In this document: positions 12,269 to 24,097 of the stretch, one piece after another
Position numbering within the stretch: position 1 is the stretch's first letter
Layout: each line of letters starts with the position of its first letter
Origin: Mobula hypostoma
Lineage: Eukaryota
DNA length: 64,000 nucleotides
NCBI RefSeq assembly: GCF_963921235.1
Contig: NC_086097.1
Coordinates: forward strand, 253,148,001-253,212,000
Direction: 5' to 3'
Translations under genes and position numbers: made by a program
Notes under the pieces: generated by a model
What the model saw: the letters and a program-made list of their open reading frames with translations, nothing else
What the model was told of the DNA's origin: nothing
Databases searched by the model: none

Positions 12269-14322
12269 AAATACAAAGGACCTCTTCAATCAAAAACTCT
12301 TCAAGCCACTGAATGAACCGGACTGTAAAGTAAATACAGATTAAAGCTTGTGAACAGCCAGAGAAGAGAAAGATTCGAAGATTGAAGATACAGTTATCAT
12401 CAAAGGATGTATGCATTGCACAGCTCTGAGATTCATCTTCTCACCGACAGCCACGAAACACAGAAAAACCATGGACCTGTTCAAAGGAAACCATCAAGTC
12501 CTCCAATTCCCTTGGCACTTTAATCAGCAAGTTCAGTGAGAAGTGGAGTCGATCACCTTGTCTCCGGGATTCTTGGCCTCCACACTTCACTCGCAGTCCG
12601 ATGGAACCCTCTCAGAGATAGGAAAGTGCCAGGTCGTTCAATCAACTCAAAAACATGCCACCAATATGTACCCCAACAGGCTCGAACACAGGCTCCAACA
12701 TTAACAGAACCACATTTGAAAGAAAAGAAGACGTAAAAGAAATGAAAGAAGTAGCTTTGTGAATCATCTGGGGGATGTTGCTCTTGGTTGCACTGTTCAC
12801 TGGCGTCATAGCAAAACTGAACTATGTATTTGGTGATGACAGGACTATCGTTTGCAGAATTTCAGATGGTGACAAGAAGATGTATAAGGGTGAGATATGC
12901 TGGAGGAACTCAGCAAGTCAGACAACATCTCTGGAGGGGAATATAGTTAAGAGTCTTCATCAGGACCAGTAAGGAAGGCGTTCGAAGATGGGTGGAGGGG
13001 AGGAAGTACAAACTGGGAGGTGATAGGTGAGACCAGCATTTTGTGTGTGTTGTTCAACTATAACACCTTTTTTAGTACAGCTATTCACATTTGAAAAGAC
13101 TTTAAGATTGATCTTAGAGTGGTTAAGAGATTGGCATAGTATCGTGGGCCAAAGGGCCTGTACTGTGGTATTATGTTCTATGTTCTGTATCACAGCAATA
13201 TGCTTGCATTCCACATCAGTAAGACCAGAGAATAGATTGCGGACCTCAGGAAGGGTAAGATGAGGGAACACACACCAGTCCTGATTGAGGGATCAGAAGT
13301 GGAAAGGGTGAAAAATTTCAAGTTCCTGTCTGTCAACATCTCTCATGATCTATCCTGAACCGGACATATCAATGCAATTACAAATAAGGCATAACTACGA
13401 CTATATTTAAATTTTATTAGAAGTTTGAGAAGAATGGGTATGTCACGAAACACACTTGCAAATTTCAGAAGATGTACCATGGAGAGCATTCTAACTGGCG
13501 GTATCACAGTCTGCTATGGGGGGGTGGCGGGGGGCTACTGCACAGGATCAAAATAAGCTGCAGAAAGTTGTGAACTCAGTCAGCTCCATCATGGGCTCTA
13601 ACCTCTCCAGCATCCACTAAATTTTCAAAAGATGATTCCTCAAAGAAGCAGCAGTCGTCATTAAGGACCCCCATCACCCAGGACATGCCCTCTTCTCATT
13701 GCTACAATCAAGGATAAGGTACAGGAGCCTGAAGACACACACTCGGTGATTCAGGAACAGCTTCTTCCCCTCTGCCATGGACATTGAACCCACGAACAGC
13801 ACCTCATTACTTATTTGCTCTCTTTTTGCACAACCTATTTAATTTAATTTTTAAAAACATATTTCTTATTGTAATTTATAGCCTTTTCATTATTATGTAA
13901 AGCGATGTACTGCTGCCACAAAACAGCACACTTCACAACATAGTTCAGTGACATTCAAGCTGATTCTGATTCACAATTTGGAGATGTTGGGGTATGACCC
14001 CACTCAGGGAGAGGTCGATCCCTGACATCACAAGGCCACTGTGACATCGGTGGGACACATCACAATGAGATGCAGCATCACGACAGGATTTAAACTCTGG
14101 TCGCTCGGAGACCACAGGCAGAACAACCACTTCAGTGTAGCTGGAGGATGGTGCAGACGCGATGCTTTCAAATGTCTCTTCTGGGCTGCAGATTTCCCTG
14201 ATCCTCTGATGGTGATGTTCAGATTGTAGAAGAACCATGATGGAATGCAAGGCCTCTTCCTGGTCCTTGTTGGGACTTGTTGGGACTTCAGCACAGACGT
14301 GACTGACTTTCTTGGATTTTAG

Positions 14323-17300
14323 GGGTGCAAAATCAAAAAGGATAGCAACTATGATATTCAAAGTGTTATATCTCAATAGGTGTTGTTGCATGGTCAAGTG
14401 GTTAAGGCATTCGTCTAGTGATCTGAAGGTCGCTAGTTCGAGACTTGGCTGAGACAGTGTGTTGTGTCCTTGAGCAAGGCACTTAACCACACGTTGCTCT
14501 GCGACGACACCGGTGCCAAGCTGTATGGGTCCTAATGCCCTTCCCTTGGACAACATCGGTGTCGTGGAGAGGGGAGACTTGCAGCATGGGCAACTGCTGG
14601 TCTTCCATACAACCTTCCAAGGTGCAAATCCATGGTTTCATGAGACTAACAGATGCCTATATAATATCTCAATGCATGGCGTATAAGAAATAAGGTGGAT
14701 GATTTTGTTTTGCACTTCTACAGATTGTCAGGTATAATGTTGCGGCCATCACTGAATCGTGGTTGAAGGATGGTTGTAGTCGGGAGCTGAATGTCGAAGG
14801 TTACACGTTCTATCAGAGGGAAAGAAAGGTAGGCAGAGATGGGGGTGTGGCTCTACTGGTAAAGAATGGCATCAAATCAGAAGAAAGATGTGACATAGGA
14901 TTGGAAGATGCTGGATCCTTGTGGGTTGAGTTAAGAAACTGCAAGGGTAAAAGGGACCCTAATGACAGTTATATATGGACCTCCCAACAGTGGCTGGGAT
15001 GTGGACCACAGATTACAACAGGAAATAGAAAAGGTGTGTCAAAAGGGCAATGCTATGGTAGTCATGGGAGATTTCAACATGCAGGTCAATTGGGAAAATC
15101 AGGTTGGTTTTTGTCATTGAGCCTGCTAGGGGATCAGCAATACTGGATTGGGTGTTTTGTACTGAACCAGAAGTGATTAGGGAGTCTAAGGTAAAAGAAC
15201 CCTTAGGAGACAGTGATCACAATATGATTAAGTTCAACTGAAATTTAATATGCAGAAAGTAAAGTCTGACGTAGCAGTATTTCAGTGGAGTAAGGGAAAT
15301 TACAGTGGTATGAGAGAGGAGCTGGCCAAAGTAAATTGGAAGGAGCTGCTGGCAGGGATGTCAGCAGAGCAGTAATGGCGTGCGTTTCTGGGAAAAATGA
15401 GGAAGGTGCAAGAGAGATGTATTCCAAAAACAAAGAAATACTCAAATGGCAAAATAGTACAACTGTGGCTGACAAGGGAAGTCAAAGCTAATGTAAAAGC
15501 AAATGAGAAGGCATAAAACAAAGAAAAAAATTAGTGGTAAGATAGATAATTAGGAAGCTTTAAAAGACTACAAAGAGCAACTAAAAGAATCATTATGAGC
15601 GAAAATATAAAAGCAAGCTGGCAAATAGTATCAAAGTAAAAGCTTTTTCAAGTATGTAAAAAATAAAAAAAAGATGAGGGCGGATATAGGACTGCTAGAA
15701 AATGAGGTATGAGAAATATGAAAAGAACACAAGGAGATGCAGATGAACAAAATGACTATCTTGCATCTGTCTTCACCGTGGAAGACAGTAGCAGTGTGCC
15801 AGCTGTTGAAAGGTGTGAGGGAAGAGAAGTGGGTGCAGTTACCATTACAAGGGAAAAGGTGCTCAAAAAGCTGAAAGACCTGAAGGTACATAAGTCACCC
15901 GGACCAGATGAACTGCACTCTAGGGTTCTGAAAGAGGTAGTGGTAGAGATTGTGAGGGCATTAGAAATGATCTTTCAGAAATTATTGGACTCTAGCATGG
16001 TGCCAGAGGACTGGAAAATTGCAAATGTCACTCCACTCTTGAAGAAAGGAGGAAGGCAGCAGAAAGGAAAATATAGACCAGTTAGCCTGACCTCAGTGGT
16101 TGGGAAGATGTTGGAGTCAATTGTTAGGAATGAGGTGATGGAGTACTTGGTGACACAGGACAAGATAGGACAAAGTCAGCATGGTTTCCTTCAGGGAAAA
16201 TCTTGCCTGATGAACCTGTTGGAATTCTTTGAGGAGATTACAAGTAGGAAAGATTAAATGGAGGCTGTGGATATTCGGCGAAGTGCCAAACATGAGGCTG
16301 CTTACCAAGTTAAGAGCCCATGGTATTACAGGAAAGTTACTGGCATGTTTAGAGCATTGGCTGATTGGTAGGAGGCAATGAGTGAGAATAAATGGATCCT
16401 TTTCTGGTTAGCTGCCAGTGACTAGTGGTGTTCTGCAGGAGTCAGTGTTGGGGCTTCTTCTTTCCATTTAGATAATGGAATAGTTAGTTTTATTGCCAAG
16501 TTTGCAGATAATACAAAGGTTGGTGGAGGTGCAGATAGCGTTGAGAAAAGAGAAAGGCTGCAGGACTTAGACAGATTAGGAGAATGGGCAAGAAAGTGGC
16601 AAATGAAATACAATGTTGGAAAATGCATGGTCATGCACTTTGGTAGAAGAAATAAATGTGCAGACTACTTTCTAATTGGTGAGAAAATCCAAAAATCTGA
16701 GACGCAAAGAGACCTGGAAGTCCCTGTGTAGAACACCCTAAAGGTTAACTTGCAAGTTAAGTCAGAGGTGAGGAAGGCAGATGAAATATTAGCATTCATT
16801 TCAAGAGGTCTAGAATATAACAGCAGGGTTGTGATGCTGAGGATTTACAAGGCACTGATGAGGCCTCACCTTGAGTATTGTAAACAGTTTTGGGTTCCTC
16901 ATCTAAGAAAAGTTGTGCTGGCTTTGGAGAGGGTTCAGAGAAGTTTCACAAGGATGATTCCAAGAATGAAAGGGTTATTGTATGAGGAACATTTTATGGC
17001 TCTGGGCCTGCACTCACTGGAATTCAGAAGGATGGGTGGCGGGTAGGGTGGGGGGTGGAATCTCATTGAAACTTTTCGAATGTTGCAAGGACTAGACAGA
17101 GTAGATGTGGAAAGGATGTTTCCCATGGTGGGAGCCTAGGACAAGATGGCACAGCCTCAGGATAGAGGGACGCCCTTTCAAAACAGAGATGCGGAGAAAT
17201 TTCTTTAGTCAAAGGTTGGTGAATTTGTGGAATTTATTACCACAGAGAGCTGTGAAGTCCAGATCACTGGGTGCATTTACAGCAGAGATTGATAGGTTCT

Positions 17301-17449
17301 TGATTGGACATGGCATCAAAGATTACGGTGCGAAGGCCGGGAGGAGAGCGAGGAGGGGAAGATAGGATCAGCCATGATTGAACAGCAGAGCATACTCGAT
17401 GGGTCAAATGGCCTAATTCTGCTGCTATGTCTTATGGTCTTCTGGTCTT
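14323..17449 (+). mobile_element. CR1 LINE, near-complete decayed ORF2 (APE endonuclease + RT)
   Basis: KVLYLNA start, [35 protein letters not shown] and LEYC motifs; tail at ~17430-17449. Confidence 0.93.
14378..14663 (+). mobile_element. tRNA-derived SINE with a CORE-like block
   Basis: A box TGGTCAAGTGG, B box GTTCGAGAC, TGTGTCCTTGAGCAAGGCACTTAACC block; 10-bp TSD ATATCTCAAT at 14368-14377 and 14664-14673. Confidence 0.92.
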
Positions 17450-18170
17450 TGTCACCCTGACCAGATCTGCCTGAAGTTGTTTAGTCTGAATGTCTCTTGG
17501 TGAAATTTGACAACGGGTACTCCCCCGTCTTTGGATCTTCACATCCAGTCTCTGTGACCTCGCATCAGCAACAGGAGCTGACCCTGCTCCAGCTCCAGAC
17601 TCAGCTCGGCATTGCTTGGAGTTACCACACGGCACTGGAGAGCACCCAGTCTATGCGGTCAATTCCGGACAATGTCGGCTGGGGGATACACCCTGACACT
17701 GAGGCTGACAGTCTCAGAGGGTCGCCCAGTTGTTCGTCCCAATGGTGAAGAGAGGGAAAGACACATTCAGGCCACTCACCAACCAGTCGCTGCCCCCGCC
17801 CGACAACACTCAGTACCGAGACTTCCCACAACAGAGGGAGGGTCCTTGTCTGGCACCAGCAGGCTCTGAGGAGTACAGTACCAGGATCAGGCTGGTTCAC
17901 GTCATGCCGACAGGGGCATAGATCATTCACTCTGGAGGCACCAACGCAGCCCTGGGACTCTGGTCTCCGATTGGTGACATGTCATGTTGGGGAACCACCC
18001 TCTTGGACTGCACCCCATTCAGGGACGCCTGTGTTATAGTTGGGTTAGGCTGTCGCGGAGGGTAGTCACAGGTTTCGATTAGCACTATATGTGACACCCC
18101 TCCCCTCTCCCCAGTGTGGACCCACCAGCAGCCACTCTCCACAATTCATGTGGGGGGACATCTGGGTTCA

Positions 18171-18518
18171 TAGAAACGTAGAAAACCTACAGCACAATAC
18201 AGGTCCTTCGGTCCCACAAAGCTGTGCCGAACATGTCGTTACCTTAGAAATTACCGAGGGTTACCCACAGCCCTCTATTTTTCTGAGCTCCATGTACTTA
18301 TCCAGCAGTCTTTTAAAAGACCCTATCGTATCCACCTCCACCAATGTCACCGGCAGCCCATTCCACGCACTCACCACTCTGTGTGTAAAATCTTACCGCT
18401 GACATCTCCTCTGTAGCTATTTCCAACACCTTAAAACTGTGCCCTCTCGTGCTAGCCATTTCAGCCCTGGGAAGGAGCCTCTGACTGTCCACACAATCAA
18501 TGCCTCTTACCATCTTAT
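18171..18518 (-). mobile_element. CR1 3' fragment
   Basis: RGIDCVDSQRLLPRAEMASTRGHSFKV followed by the 3' UTR. Confidence 0.9.
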
Positions 18519-19649
18519 TCCTAGGGCTGTCACACCAAGGGAGAGTATATGGGCCCAGAGGCTCACGGCAAGGGTTAATCTCCTTCGGCCTCTGTAATGG
18601 TGAGCTCAGAGCTGGATAGCCACCCTCATCTCTGCTCCTAGGCATTCCCTTTTAACCTTCCCTGGTTCGTCTGAAGGAAGCTTTTCGGGGGCCCCTGAGT
18701 CAGTCACCACCTCCTGTTGTTTTGGCTGATGTACTGAGTACAAGGGTGATTCGAGTCTGGAACTGAGAGTCAGGAATTTCCTCCATTCATCCTCCCAACA
18801 TCACTCCCCCCCCATCCCCGCCCTTGGCAGCTCAGCTCTTGCATGTAAGTTGAGGCAGCAACACCTGCCAGAGTGGGAACCAGCCTCCGAGAGGTGCCAC
18901 CGTGGGAGCAGGCTGTGGAGACTCCGTGAAGGAGCAGGGTCTCTTGCCTTGTCCACCTGATATCACCACTTCTCCTGGCCTCCCCTCGGCCCTCCTCCAG
19001 GTCCTGTGCTGTGGCAGCAGAACCTTCAGGAGATCTCTCACTGGTTCTCAAGGAGTGGGGATGTGGCTCTAAAGTAGCTTTGACCTCCCTCCACCCCCCC
19101 CCCATCTGTGCCCAGATCTCAATGTCCTTTGGCTAGTCGTTCCAGATTAGGAATGAGGGGTCAGCTTTTGCAACCAGCCACCTCCGAGACCCTGTCCGGT
19201 TACACCTTCCCAAGCACTGATCCTGCCTCGGTCACCTGGTATCGAGCGGGAGGAGTGGGCACTGCCAGTGGTCCCAAGGTGAAGCACTAGAGCAGGCTCA
19301 GTCCATGCTGGGGCTCAGGAGACCCGAGGTAGTGAGGATCACTGCTTTTGTACCATCAGCCGACCTCCCCCCATCTCCGATGTTGCTCAGAACGTGGGTA
19401 GGGGTGGTTTGGCCCCAGGCGAGACCCTTTACTGGTGCACACACTGGCGGGTGATGTCCTGGTCCCTGACCCTGACCATCCACACCCAGTGAGAGTCATT
19501 CCGAAACCTCCGGATGACCCTCCCTCTGCCAGGAATGTGTCCATTGGACATTGTCCAGGTCCAGAGCTGGGGCAGGGTTAAGTCACTGTGTTTCCCGTGT
19601 TACGTAGCCAGCAACAACAGATGTAGAATGGACCTCACTGTAGATGTAG

Positions 19650-21304
19650 AATTTACCTCACCAATGGCAGTCTCATCACTAAACTTTAGAAGACTGTCTA
19701 ACATAAGTGACTGAGAAGCCCCAGTATCCCGAAGTATCTTTACTGGTACTGGGGTAGACACTTCATTTACTGAAACAACTCCCTCTGATATAAAAGGATT
19801 GAAGCCTTTCCTAACTCAGTCAGACCTCTTAGACCCTGACAGAGCTTCATCAGACTGTTCAGAACCCTGTGGGTTTATGGGTGTTTCAAAGGGTTGGACA
19901 CGGGCATCTGGGCCTGCCTCCTTTTCCTCCTTCTTCAGACAGAAACAGTTAGCCATAACATGACCAGATTTCCTACAATAGTGACAAATAGGACCAAACT
20001 GCTTTTCCTTCACTTGCTTCCCTTCATCCCTACCTTTTTCACTTGTCCCCAATTTAATTTCTGGTTTACCCTGACAATCCACGCTACTCTTTTGGAAGGT
20101 TTTACTCAGGGTAAACTTAACTCTGTGAGTTAGGGCAAATGCATCTGCTAACTTAGCAGACTCCTGCAATGTGGCAGCATCCTTCTAATCCAAATAGGCC
20201 TTTATGTCATTAGGGACGCACCTTTTAATTTCCTCAATTAAAACCAACTCTTTCAAGTTGTCATAACCTCCATTCACACTTTTAGATGTGCACCATCGCA
20301 CGTGGCCAAGTGGTTAAGGCATTGGACTAGCGACCTGAAGGTCGTGAGTTCAAGCCCCAGCCGAGGCAACGTGTTGTGTCCTTGAGCAAGGTACTTAACC
20401 ACACATTGCTCTGCCAAGCTGTAACATAGGTGTCGTGGAGAGGGGAGACTTGCAGCACGGGCAACTGCTGGTCTTCCATACAACCTTGCCCAGGCCTGCA
20501 CCCTGCAGAGTGAAGACTTTCCAGGCGCAGATCCATGGTCTCGCAAGACTAACGGATGCCTTTACTTTATCGCTCAAAACACACAGATTTGTCATAGGCA
20601 AGTTCCAAATTCCACATAAGTCTGGTTCATAGATTTCTTTAGACTTCTAAATCTTTGTCTACAAGCTTCTGGAACCAACTCATAAGCTTTCAGTACAGCC
20701 TGTTTCACAATATCATAATCAGCTGCCTGTTCAACAGATAAGGCTGTATAAGCTGGTTGTGCTTTACCTTTAATTACACTTTGTAAGAGAAGAGGCCAAC
20801 CCTTTTTTGGCCACTGTAAACTCTGAGCAACTTTCTCAAAATGCAGGAAGTATTTATCAACCTCAGCCTCATTAAATGGAGGAACCAATTTAATTTCCTG
20901 ACTGGCAATAAACGGTACTACCTGTTTCCTAGAACCAGAAGCCTGATTCTCGAGCCTCATCCTCTGCATCTGTAACTCAAACTGCCTCTGTTTTTCTGCT
21001 TCTTCCCTCTGTTTGTCTGCTTCTCTAGCATCATACTGCCTCTGTCTTTCTTTATCCTCTAATCTCATTTGTTCCAGTCGTAACTGGATCTCCTCTTCAC
21101 TTAGAGCAAACTTCTCTAACAGTTTCTCATCAAATTTCCCTTTAGTTATATAGTACTCAGCTATTTTCCTCTGAATTTCAGGCTTTGTCATAGCCAGCTT
21201 TATCTCAGTAAGCTCCAGTTCTTTAGCAATTTCCAACAGCTCATCCTTTTTTGCTTTTGTTAGTGCACTGGAGTTGGCAATGCCAGAAATCCCCTAACAT
21301 CCAT
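19650..21304 (-). pseudogene. Gmr1-like Gypsy gag-protease (SCAN-like capsid, CCHC knuckle, aspartic protease), disrupted
   Basis: LVPPFNEAEVDKYFLHFEK...LKAYELVPEACRQRFR; CHYCRKSGHVMANC; ILRDTGASQSL at ~19705-19737; frameshifts and a SINE insertion. Confidence 0.9.
20298..20568 (+). mobile_element. tRNA-derived SINE (same family as 14378), internally deleted, inserted in gag
   Basis: A and B boxes plus the CORE-like block; splits gag FERWCTSK; short ATCGC duplication. Confidence 0.9.
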
Positions 21305-21406
21305 TGCCGCTGATTTCCACACACAAACCAATTAAACAAAAGGAATCGGGTATTTCCCTTTTCCCAATTAGATGGATAATTAAGCAATAAGCTCCAAGTT
21401 GTTCCG

Positions 21407-21424
21407 ATCCCGGATGAGCCCCCA
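21407..21424 (-). other. Primer-binding site, tRNA-Pro
   Basis: TGGGGGCTCATCCGGGAT on the minus strand, 1 mismatch to the canonical Pro PBS TGGGGGCTCGTCCGGGAT, just after the LTR end ...CATAACA. Confidence 0.92.
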
Positions 21425-21431
21425 ATTTTTA

Positions 21432-22062
21432 TGTTATGTAGTGAGCAACAATAGATGTAGAATGGAGTCGGGGAATTATTCCATAACAACTAAATTAATT
21501 AACATTAATGCAGAAATATAAAAAACTAAACAAAGGACTAATTTAAACAGAATATAATGGTGTTACACATCTATAGCTCCCAAACAGTTAAACTTAGAAA
21601 CAGTTCTTAACAAAGTCTTTCTTAAGCACAGTCTTAGAGTGGAAGTTTAGAAAATCCAGGTGATTCATGAAATATGTGAGAGGAGAGACTTGTACATTCA
21701 CGATGCAATGAAGTGACGATCTTGGAGATTCACAATACGGCGGAGAGGCGATCTTGAAGAAACAGTTACAGGAGTTTACAGCCGCGGAGTACCCTTTTCG
21801 AAGAGTCCAAGATGAGCGAGATTTCACAGAGTAACTGACAGGGAATGTCCCTTTTGCCAAGATGGTCACCACACAACACCCGAGGCTGGACAGGGGTTAA
21901 CCAAAAGTGTGTGCCACAATCCACGTATTGTCAGCCACATTCAAAATGCGCAGAGTGCAGTCGGCTAACCCAATTCTTTTGGTTCATTTGAAGTCTGCAA
22001 TCTTCACTCTCACTCTCTCTTCCCATCTATTTCTTAATGACTCCTTACTGAGCGACTGCCCA
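21432..22062 (-). mobile_element. 5' LTR of the Gmr1-like element (distal end truncated by a CR1)
   Basis: Ends in CA on the minus strand at 21432, adjacent to the PBS. Confidence 0.7.
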
Positions 22063-22889
22063 CTCCTTTGTCTACCCTGCTTGTAATTTCCTCAAAAAAT
22101 TGCGGTAGGTTAGTCAGGCGGGACTTTCCTTTCAGGAAACCATGCTGGCTTTGGCCTATCTTGTCATGTGCCTCCAGATATTCTGTAATCTCATCCCTAA
22201 CAATCAATTCCATGAACTTCCCAACCACTGATGTCAGGATAACAGGTCTATAGTTTCCTTTCTGTTGCCTCTCACCCTTCTTAAATAGCAGAGTAACATT
22301 TGCAATTTTCTAGTCATCTGGTACAATGCCAGAATCTATCAATTCTTGGAAGATCATCATTAATGCCTCTACAATCTCTCCAGCTACTTCCTTCAGAACC
22401 CAAGGGTATTCCATCAGGTCCAAGAGATTTATCCACCCTCAGACCATTAAGCTTCCTGAGCACCTTCTCAGTCATTATTTTCACTGTACAAACTTCACTT
22501 CCCTGACACCTCTTGAATGTCCGGTATGCTGCAGACGTCTTCCACTGTTAAGACTGATGCAAGATACGCATTCAGTTCCTCTGCCATCTCTGCATCTCTC
22601 ATTACAATATCTCCAGCGTCATTTTGTATTGGTCCTATATCTACCCTCGATTCTCTTTTACCCTTTATATACTTAAAAAACTTTTAGTATCTTCTTTGAT
22701 ATTAGTCACCAGCTTCCTCTCATAATTCATCTTTTCCTTCCTAATGACCTTCTTAGTTTCCTTCTGCAAGTTTTCAAAAGCTTCCCAATCCTCTATCTTT
22801 CCACTAGCTTTGGCTTCCTTGTATGCCCTCTCTTTTGCTTTTACTTTGGCCTTGAATTCACTTGTCAGCCATGGTAGTGTCTTTCTTCT

Positions 22890-23896
22890 TGTCACAGTCC
22901 AGTCCGTGAACTCTGCATTCCAGTTCACGGACCGGTCCGTGGATTCCGCATTCTGGTTGTTTCTGTTTTCTTGTGTTCTGTTGGGCACCTTGATTGAAGC
23001 AAGGCACCTGATTCTCGTTTCGGGTTTGCAACATAAATAGCTCCGGGGTTCAGCTATTCCTTCGCTGGACCGCCCCGTCAAAAACCCGTCACAAACTCAT
23101 TCCAGGAAGCTCGGCATCAAGAATCTGTCAAAATTTCTCCAAGAAGCTCGGCATCAGAAACTCAACAGAAATTCACACCAAGAAGCTCGGCAACAGAAAC
23201 TCACACCAAGAAGGAGTCCCGGCTCCGTGTCCCAGAAGGAGTCCCGACTCTGTGTCCCAAGTCAGGTCAAACAAAGTCTGAGTCCTAGGTCCAGCCAAGT
23301 ATGAGTTCCAGGTCAAGAGCCAAGTCAAGACCCCGGTACCAAGTCCCTGCCAAGACCCAAGTTCCGAGTCATGACCCGAGTTCCCAGTCAAGTCCAAGTC
23401 CCAAGTTCTAGTCCTGGTTTTCCGGTTTGTTATTCTACATTTACGTCCATGATGCCATTTTGTCCTCGCTCCTTGGCCCCATGGTAATTCTTAATAAACA
23501 TAGTCCTGTTTGTACTACTTCGTGTGAGCACGTGGCCAAGTGGTTAAGGCATTGGACTAGCTACTTGAAGGTTGTGAGTTCGAGCCCCAGCTGAGGGAAC
23601 GTGTTGTGTCCTTGAGCAAGGCACTTAATCACACATTGCTCTGCGATGACACTGGTGCCAAGCTGTATGGGTCCTAATGCCCTTCCCTTGGACAACATTG
23701 GTGTCGTGGAGAGGGGAGACTTGCAGCATGGGCAACTGCTGGTCTTCCATACAATCTTGCCCAGGCCTGCGCCCTGGAGGGTGAAGACTTTCCAGGCGCA
23801 GATCCATGGTCTTGCAAGACTAACGGATGCATGTTTATACTACTTCAGCACCTGTGTCCCGCATTTGGGTCTGATCCCCAACACCTCCTTGCAACA
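22890..23896 (+). mobile_element. Solo LTR
   Basis: TGTCAC...GCAACA termini; 5-bp TSD CTTCT at 22885-22889 and 23897-23901; AATAAA at ~23493. Confidence 0.9.
23522..23831 (+). mobile_element. tRNA-derived SINE nested in the solo LTR
   Basis: Full-length family copy; 15-bp TSD TGTTT(G/A)TACTACTTC at 23507-23521 and 23832-23846. Confidence 0.92.
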
Positions 23897-24097
23897 CTTC
23901 TATTCGAAAATTTCTTCTTACTTGGAATACATCTGTCCTGCACTTCCCTCATTTTTCACAGGAACTCCAGCCATTGCTGCTCTGCTGTCCTTCCTGCAAA
24001 TATCCCTTTCCAGTCAACCTTGACCAGTTCCCCTCTCATGCAATTGTAATTTCCTTTATTCCACTGGAACACCGACACTTTGGAATTTAGTTTCTCT

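Noticed and set aside
14387..14452. Functional tRNA gene (also 20298, 23528 and 35839)
   Set aside because: The tRNA-like heads continue into SINE bodies, several with TSDs, and no clean acceptor stem is visible
14483..14575. Twister ribozyme in the SINE (UAA-CCAC...GGUCCUAAUGCCC...GUGGAGAGGG)
   Set aside because: The resemblance is superficial: the pseudoknot register and GC pairing do not fit, and they compete with the long stem
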